Assembly (NCBI GenBank): GCA_023393045.1
Contig: JAEWMV010000036.1
Coordinates: 1 to 50,276, forward strand
Source of the DNA: Bacillota bacterium
Lineage (GTDB): Bacteria > Bacillota > Clostridia > Christensenellales > CAG-138
Length of the DNA: 50,276 nt
Direction of reading: 5' to 3'
Shown: positions 44,618-50,276 of the stretch, one piece after another
Layout of the letters: each line of letters begins with the position of its first letter
Numbering within the stretch: the first letter of the stretch is position 1
Translations under genes and position numbers: made by a program
The notes under the pieces: model-generated
Databases searched by the model: none
Seen by the model: only the letters and a program-made list of their open reading frames with translations
Told to the model about the DNA's origin: nothing

Positions 44618-45491
44618 GCCTCAGCTCAGCGGTCATACGCTCAAGGGTACACAGATCAGCGGCGGCCATATCAGCACAACCACGACCGGCGCTGATGGAA
44701 AAACGAGCGGCGTGGAGATGTTCAACGCCGCCCAGTTTGAAAAACCCTCCGCACCGCACTCCGTTGTTACCGCATCGGACGGCAGCTCCTGGTATCAGAT
44801 GGCCAGTGGCGAAGGGCGCGGCTCCTTCTATGACGCGCCGGCCTTCACAGGCAGTGCTGCGGAGGCGTCTCAGGTTGCCGCCGCATTCCCCGGCGCTGAG
44901 GAAGGAACAACGCTTCGCAGCGTAGGAGACGGTGTTATGGAGGCAAGCAGCGATTCTGGTAACACGCTTTGGTATAACAGCGCCTATTACAATGAGCCGG
45001 ATGCGCCGCACAGTATCATACAATCCGCAAACGGCGTGGACTGGTACGCTATGCAGCAGCAGGCGGAAGCGCCCGACTTTGAGGGTGGTGAAGCGGCAGC
45101 GGCATACAACCGCGCAGCTTTCCGGGATTTCATGCCGGGCTATGAACAGCAGATCTTGCAGGTCGACAGCTCGCATCGCGAGGACGGCCACTTCGAGGTC
45201 AGGCACACAGATGGATCCGGCACGGCATTTTACGATACCGCACGTTTTGCCGCTCCCCGCGGCGATTATCAGGTATACGAGGATGTCCGCGGTCAGCAGT
45301 GGATCGCCGTCCATGGCGACCCGGCGGTCGAACACAAGCCGGTTTATGAGGACGGGAAACCCGTGTACGACGGTGAAAACGTCCGCACGGTATCGGTGGA
45401 AACCGTTCGGTACAAGAGCACGCCCAGCCGCTTTGGCGAGCCTGAGCAGCGCCGGGATATTGAGATAAAACCACCGAAACGCAAGAACTAA
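44616..45491 (+). CDS. Hypothetical protein resembling the soluble C-terminal tail of Firmicute ICE membrane (TrbL/VirB6-like) proteins; probably a 5'-truncated gene
   Basis: It has repeated D-x-x-W-Y-x-M/V units (SSWYQM, VDWYAM, QQWIAV) and ends ...KPPKRKN. An in-frame TAA lies 2 codons upstream and there is no SD. The family assignment is from memory only. Confidence 0.4.
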   Translation: MPQLSGHTLKGTQISGGHISTTTTGADGKTSGVEMFNAAQFEKPSAPHSVVTASDGSSWYQMASGEGRGSFYDAPAFTGSAAEASQVAAAFPGAEEGTTLRSVGDGVMEASSDSGNTLWYNSAYYNEPDAPHSIIQSANGVDWYAMQQQAEAPDFEGGEAAAAYNRAAFRDFMPGYEQQILQVDSSHREDGHFEVRHTDGSGTAFYDTARFAAPRGDYQVYEDVRGQQWIAVHGDPAVEHKPVYEDGKPVYDGENVRTVSVETVRYKSTPSRFGEPEQRRDIEIKPPKRKN

Positions 45492-45503
45492 ACAGTGCAG
45501 ACA

Positions 45504-45540
45504 AAAGCCGGAGGGAGCGATCCTTCCGGCTTTTCTGTTT
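45504..45540 (+). terminator. Rho-independent terminator
   Basis: AAAGCCGGAGG...CCTTCCGGCTTT is followed by TCTGTTT. Confidence 0.7.
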
Positions 45541-45605
45541 GCCAAGCATTCCGAAAACCAGCCGCTATAACGCGGCTTTATAAACCGATTTGAGGAGGTG
45601 ATGAA

Positions 45606-46715
45606 ATGGCAGAGCCAGACAAGCAGCAATTTGGAGACGGCAGCGATAATTACGGTCAGGCGGCCAGCCAGATGGCCAAAGCAGCAAAACAGGCCGGTCA
45701 GGAAGCCGCAAAGCAAGCAGCCACCAAGGGGGTTGAAGCCGGCGCCAACGCCGCAGCCGCCACAGTGCAAGCAGGCGTTGAAGGCGGCAAGGCGGTTGCT
45801 GAGGTCGCCGCGGGTACTGCTGCAGGCGGGCCCTGGGGCGCGATCCTGTCGGCTGCCTGGGCGCTCCGGCACACGCTGTTCAAAATCCTCATTTGTATCT
45901 GCCTTTTCCTTTTGATCATCATTATGCTTATCGTGTCCCTGCCGACCATTGTCACCAACAGTGTATTCGGTCTGGATGGCACGGTGATTGACATGGAAAA
46001 CCCTACGTCATTGCTCGATTCCTATAACGACCTCGCGGCGGAGCTCGCCGTGGTCGTGGATGAAGGTTATGACGCTGCCCTTGCGAAAGTCGAACAGATC
46101 ATCGAGGACGGCGGATACGATTACGATTTGTCCATGGACGCGCTCGTCAATTACGCGCACAGCTCTGCCGGATATGACGTCAGCTACATCCTCGCCGCAT
46201 ACTCCGCTTCCCTTCAGCAGCGAAATACCAGTAAGGCGGATATGCTCGCAAAACTCAGTAATGTGGCTGGAAGAATGTTTCCCGTCACATATGAGGAAAA
46301 AGAAACGGAGCGCATCGGCTGTATCGGACTGTGTAAGGCGGCGTATACCGACAAGGGCGGCTGCTTTTCCACCTATGCTTACCGTCTTATCTGGAACGAG
46401 ATCTGCACAGCACTGCTCTACGCCTCCAGGCGGTCGAGGACTGAGTACGCAACCGATCCGGAGCTTCTGATAGCTTCCAGTCTGGAAGACAACTTCACGG
46501 ATGAGTATGGGGACATCGAGACGATCCTGGACAGAGCTTTGGCAGAAGCCTCTGGCGTTACGGCCAAGGGTATTCAAGCCATCAAGCTCACCGCACAGGG
46601 GTACACCAGCCGGGAGATCGGCGCTATGATGAGCGCAAGCCCAAACAATGTGACCGCTTGGATTTCAAAAGCAAGAAAGTATCTCAGGACCCGGCCGGAG
46701 TTTGCGGCCTTATAG
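45606..46715 (+). pseudogene. Chimeric ORF: the N-terminus of an ICE membrane-anchored (CD1108 / Tn916-orf14-like) protein fused to the C-terminal two-thirds of a sigma-70-family factor
   Basis: The N-terminal part has an Ala-rich segment, the TM helix LFKILICICLFLLIIIMLIVSLP and YDVSYILAAYSASL. From about nt 46310-46325 it reads IGLCKAAYTDKGGCFSTYAYRLIWNEICTALLYASRR (sigma region 2.3/2.4-like) ... LTAQGYTSREIGAMMSASPNNVTAWISKARKYLR (region 4 HTH). GAGGAGG lies 8 nt before the ATG. Confidence 0.5.
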
Positions 46716-46725
46716 GAAAGCAATT

Positions 46726-46768
46726 GCCCTCCACTGTATGACAAAGCAGCGGAGGGCTCTTTTTTGTT
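46726..46768 (+). terminator. Terminator-like hairpin
   Basis: GCCCTCC...GGAGGGC with an 18-nt loop is followed by TCTTTTTTGTTT. Confidence 0.5.
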
Positions 46769-46784
46769 TACAGGGAGGATTACT

Positions 46785-47231
46785 ATGAGAATGTTGAAAA
46801 GAATGCGCTGGATGATAGCGCCGGTTTTGATCTGCGTCGCCATAATCCTGCTGATGAAGACGGTACTACTTTTGGGATACGTGCCGTCCGCGTCAATGGA
46901 GCCAACAATACCGGCGGAGAGCTGGATACTCGGACTACGACTGCGTGGGGAGCTGGAGACCGGAGACGCGGTGATTTTCAATCGTAACGGAAAACTTCTC
47001 GTAAAGCGTATCGCTGCGGTAAGCGGAGACACCGTCTATATTGATGATAACACTCACGAGGTCGCCGTCAACAGTGAACCGGACAAATACACTCGTGCGC
47101 TGGCCGTGCCGGTCGGCTGCTATCTTCTGCTGGGGGATAATGCCGATGAATCTATTGACGCGAGATACTGGGCCGAGCCGTTTGTTCGGGAGAAAGATAT
47201 CATGGCGGCTCTGCTATGGCCAGAAGGGTGA
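46785..47231 (+). CDS. lepB: Signal peptidase I (S26, P-type)
   Basis: The catalytic Ser block is SMEPT, the Lys block is LVKRIAAVSGD, and GDNADESIDARYW is present. The start at ATG 46785 lies behind AGGGAGG. Confidence 0.85.
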   Translation: MRMLKRMRWMIAPVLICVAIILLMKTVLLLGYVPSASMEPTIPAESWILGLRLRGELETGDAVIFNRNGKLLVKRIAAVSGDTVYIDDNTHEVAVNSEPDKYTRALAVPVGCYLLLGDNADESIDARYWAEPFVREKDIMAALLWPEG

Positions 47232-47536
47232 AGAATCTTTATAGTGTATGGAGATGGCGTGCAAGTTGAGCTATCATTTTTACTCTTGATGGCATCTTTC
47301 CCGCAAGCCGCTGGGGGTATTCCCAAAACACCGCCGTCATGCTCTGCTCCGAGACTGAGTATTGCAACACCTATACCAAACCTATACCCGTATTTTCCTG
47401 CACCTATGCTCTTTCCGGCCTGCAAATGTGAGCGTTTCTTCGGTATGCTGTACTCGTAGCATTATCTTAACACGCTGCCGAAGGAGCAAACCAAATGCGC
47501 GTCGGCGTTGCGGGAACTTGATAGGGGGTAAATATC

Positions 47537-49417
47537 ATGAGAAAACATAAGGCAGCAGCGCTGTTGCTTATCGCCGTTTTGCTCTTGACGCTGTTCCTTA
47601 CCGGCTGTAACGCCGGAAAACCGTTGTTTGGGTATTATGGGGATATCGTAAAGGCATGGGAAAAGAACTATGACAAGGCCGCCCCGGATGCGCTGACTGT
47701 GAATGTCGAGTATGACGGCGTTGCAGGGACGCTGCAGGAGATAACCGATGCCGCAACCATAAACGAAGCGTTCGATGCGCTCTCGTCCTTGCGCGTAACG
47801 GGCGAATACATCTCACAGGGCGCGGGTGCAAACGCGCCGCAGCAGACCGTGACCTATCGCTTTCGCTCCGACAGCGGAGGTTCGGCGGAGTTCACGTTCA
47901 AGGACGGATATGCCGCCATTGGCGATAAGCTCTATATATGCTCCGGTATAGAAAAGCTGTTTGGTATCGATGGGATAGACCTCTCCCAGAAAGACGTCGT
48001 CGTTGCACCCAACAACAGTACGCCGCCAGCGCAGCAGGGCGAGTACGCCGTATTCTCGGGCGCGGCGCAGGATTTTTCCTTCCTCTACAACAGCGCCTAC
48101 TCTGCCGAATGGAGCGACGAGAACGGCGCGACTATATACACCGAAACGAGGGGTTCCATTCCGTATCTGCTTGTGTACCGCAATATCGGTGACGGCGAAT
48201 TCGACGCAAGGGCGCACTTTGATGCCATGACCGAGCGAATGCGCACGCAATACGGTACCAGGCTGGTCAGCATAGGTGAATTTCAAACGTACACAGTATC
48301 GGGCAAAGAAATCCCCGGCGTCATGTATGCCTACACGGTCGACTCGTATACGGTGGAAATGCTGGCCTTGACGGAGTATACCGGTGATTCGGTTATCCAG
48401 TATACCTGTAAGTATCTGCAGGGCATGGGTGACGCGACACTGGGCGCGCTTGCGGAGGCAGCCGCCTCCTATCAGCCGAAGGCAAACTACTATGACGCCG
48501 GCGGTCAAGGTACGGGCGGCGGTCAAGGCGAGCCAAACGATCAACCGCAGCCACAGGAGCCACAGCAACCCGCGACAAACATCAAACTTGCCCAGTATGA
48601 CGGCGGATACTTTACTCTCATGCTGCCGGAGGGATGGCAGATACAGACCATGGGCCAGTATACCACCTTCGGTTTCCGTGCGTGGAATCCGCAAAACCCC
48701 GACTATGAGATATTCTATTATGGCAACTTAGGTCCACTCAACAAGAGCTACGACGCCAAGAACGGCTGGGCGGGCTATATCGGCAATATGGGATACCCAA
48801 ACGCCGAACTGAACTATGATGCTCCTGTTGTGACGATGGAAAGCGGGAGCAGCGTATTCTATGTGTTCGATGAGCTTCAGGCAGTATCGGACAAATATGG
48901 CTTCGGTTTCAGCCTACCCGCGCTTGGCGGCCTCATGCCCCAAACGAGCATTCCAATCGAAACAGCCTACGCTGCGGCTTCCACAGGCGAGACGATGATA
49001 TTCGCCGGGGTACGCGGTTCGAACGGCGGCGCATGCGGCGGAATGTTCATGGCGTCGTTGTGGAACACCGATCCGTTCTACGTGGGCGGCGTAGATATGA
49101 CTCCCACCTCTGCGATGAATGTTGCGGGCATTATCGCTCCCACGGAGGATTTTCTGAACGTGGAGGCAGTACTGACACAGGCGGTGTTCAGCCTGCGATT
49201 CACCGAGAAATACATTCAGGATGGCATCGCCTACAGCAGAGCCGTCGGAGAGGCGGCGATGGCTGATAATGCGGCGCGTCAGGCAGTGTTCGACAGAGCA
49301 AACAAGGCATGGAGCGAATACTTCCGCGGAGGCGCCGTCGCAGGCGGAGATGATTTCAACCGCAGGATAGGCGAAATCAACGATATGCTGGACAACATTA
49401 GATTTGCGTTGGATTAA
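47537..49417 (+). CDS. Large lipoprotein of unknown function
   Basis: Signal peptide with an LTGC lipobox. There is a Gly/Gln/Pro-rich linker (GGQGTGGGQGEPNDQPQPQEPQQP). I recognise no domain. Confidence 0.7.
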   Translation: MRKHKAAALLLIAVLLLTLFLTGCNAGKPLFGYYGDIVKAWEKNYDKAAPDALTVNVEYDGVAGTLQEITDAATINEAFDALSSLRVTGEYISQGAGANAPQQTVTYRFRSDSGGSAEFTFKDGYAAIGDKLYICSGIEKLFGIDGIDLSQKDVVVAPNNSTPPAQQGEYAVFSGAAQDFSFLYNSAYSAEWSDENGATIYTETRGSIPYLLVYRNIGDGEFDARAHFDAMTERMRTQYGTRLVSIGEFQTYTVSGKEIPGVMYAYTVDSYTVEMLALTEYTGDSVIQYTCKYLQGMGDATLGALAEAAASYQPKANYYDAGGQGTGGGQGEPNDQPQPQEPQQPATNIKLAQYDGGYFTLMLPEGWQIQTMGQYTTFGFRAWNPQNPDYEIFYYGNLGPLNKSYDAKNGWAGYIGNMGYPNAELNYDAPVVTMESGSSVFYVFDELQAVSDKYGFGFSLPALGGLMPQTSIPIETAYAAASTGETMIFAGVRGSNGGACGGMFMASLWNTDPFYVGGVDMTPTSAMNVAGIIAPTEDFLNVEAVLTQAVFSLRFTEKYIQDGIAYSRAVGEAAMADNAARQAVFDRANKAWSEYFRGGAVAGGDDFNRRIGEINDMLDNIRFALD

Positions 49418-49454
49418 GGGATAGAAACGCTCTCGATTGGAAAGGAGCCGCTTT

Positions 49455-50276
49455 ATGAAGAAGTGTATACATGTAAAACGAGCACTTGCCGTCGTATGTG
49501 CGCTACTGTTTATATTTCTTGCCGGCTGTACAGGCGCAACACCACAGGAGGGCTCAAGTTTTCCGCTGTCTGACATAAGTGAATCACCGGCCATGTCGAA
49601 CACTCCTGCGCGTTACGATCTTCGGGATGACGCTCTTACTGCTGCTCCCGTGGAATACCCCAAACCCTTTGAGCCGGGTTACTTTACTGCGCTGGGCGCC
49701 CCTATCATCGTCGCCGAGAGCATGGGCGTTACATTTTCCGCCGATGAATCTGCTGAATTCACTACTCCCTACGACTGCAACATTGACCGCAGCATTTTAG
49801 CGGAGAACAAAGGCGAGCTTTCCGTGCTAATTATCTGGAAGGTATCAAGCCAAGCGCAGGGCCTTTCACCGGAGGATATCATGACGCACCCGCAGCCGCA
49901 AATGCTGGTTCTGGAACCTGGCAAAAGCACGGTCATACGTCCGTGCTGGCAGTATTCGCCGGTGGATATCGCATTAAGTGACGCAACCTTCAACGTCGAG
50001 ATTGATGTCATAGAGCGGAATACCATGCAACGGGAAACCGTTCGGTTTGATCTGCGAAATAATGTGACGGTGACGCATCACGCCAATCCGCTGCCCGGCA
50101 ATGCGACGATATCTGGCAAAATTATTAGTGCTGACACAGGCGAGCCTTTAAGAAATATGTCAATAGAGATTTCTGACGCCAATTTCAGACACATTCTCAG
50201 CACGGACAATAACGGCGAATACAAGGCTTCGGTTTACGCTTATAAAAACGCGCGGGGGTACTATTTGGAATATGCC
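49455..50276 (+). CDS. Lipoprotein with a carboxypeptidase-regulatory-like (CarboxypepD_reg) beta-sandwich segment; the 3' end runs off the window
   Basis: Absent from the track because no stop lies in the window. It begins MKKCIHVKRALAVVCALLFIFLAGC (lipobox). ATISGKIISADTGEPLRNMSIEI is CarboxypepD_reg-like. AAAGGAG lies 7 nt upstream. Confidence 0.65.
   Translation, partial: MKKCIHVKRALAVVCALLFIFLAGCTGATPQEGSSFPLSDISESPAMSNTPARYDLRDDALTAAPVEYPKPFEPGYFTALGAPIIVAESMGVTFSADESAEFTTPYDCNIDRSILAENKGELSVLIIWKVSSQAQGLSPEDIMTHPQPQMLVLEPGKSTVIRPCWQYSPVDIALSDATFNVEIDVIERNTMQRETVRFDLRNNVTVTHHANPLPGNATISGKIISADTGEPLRNMSIEISDANFRHILSTDNNGEYKASVYAYKNARGYYLEYA

Larger units (their letters stand above)
44616..47231 (+). 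mobile_element. Decayed fragment of a Firmicute conjugative element (ICE / conjugative-transposon remnant)
   Basis: It contains a conjugation-protein-like tail ORF, the N-terminus of a membrane-anchored cell-wall-hydrolase-type protein fused in frame to a truncated sigma-70 factor, and a signal peptidase I. No integrase, relaxase or coupling ATPase is visible. Confidence 0.5.

Noticed and set aside
47120-47536. ORFs of 101 aa (minus strand) and 71 aa (plus strand) in the spacer between the SPase and lipoprotein genes
   Set aside because: Neither has an SD and I recognise no motifs. One overlaps the 3' end of the SPase gene. They may be remnants of the decayed element, but I cannot support them as genes.
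1-50276. Scan for CRISPR arrays, tRNA/rRNA genes, integrases and transposases
   Set aside because: I saw no regularly spaced direct repeats, no cloverleaf-like or rRNA-like conserved stretches, and no recombinase- or transposase-like ORFs. The mobile-element fragment therefore appears non-autonomous within this window.

Overview
All calls here were made by eye, without tools. Domain and family assignments rest on motifs I recognise from memory, and every coordinate was hand-indexed. The window looks like a high-GC chromosomal segment of a Firmicutes/Clostridia-type organism. The evidence for that is the conserved yybS-gdpP-rplI-dnaB block, an ECF RibU transporter behind an FMN riboswitch, and strong GGAGG ribosome-binding sites throughout. 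Positions 1-9.8 kb hold an AcnX/enoate-reductase pair, an S41 lipoprotein peptidase and the replication/c-di-AMP housekeeping block. Positions 9.9-14.6 kb hold a tightly coupled four-gene lipid module: a serine-palmitoyltransferase-like alpha-oxoamine synthase, an SDR, an E2/CAT-fold acyltransferase and an acyl-AMP ligase. I consider this the most interesting candidate system, because it could be a sphingoid or ceramide-like pathway in a Gram-positive background. Positions 14.9-24.3 kb are ordinary genes (punA, an APH-like kinase, a diguanylate cyclase, ribU with its riboswitch, homocysteine methyltransferase, Mrp/NBP35, a DD-carboxypeptidase and a C69 peptidase). Positions 24.4-29.4 kb contain a WYL regulator, several unannotated tiny ORFs, a GntR regulator, a structured leader RNA and an MFS transporter. 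Positions 29.4-31.0 kb are a sharply AT-rich island whose single long reading frame is split over three frames. It is followed by a NYN/OST-HTH protein and then uxaC-uxaE and a run of small detoxification-type enzymes. Positions 41-50 kb are mosaic accessory DNA. They contain a chemoreceptor cassette bracketed by 29-bp direct repeats, a low-GC GNAT gene, a decayed conjugative-element fragment with a chimeric ORF, a signal peptidase I and two lipoproteins. I found no rRNA, tRNA or CRISPR array. Many long antisense ORFs in the track are GC-driven shadows of real genes.
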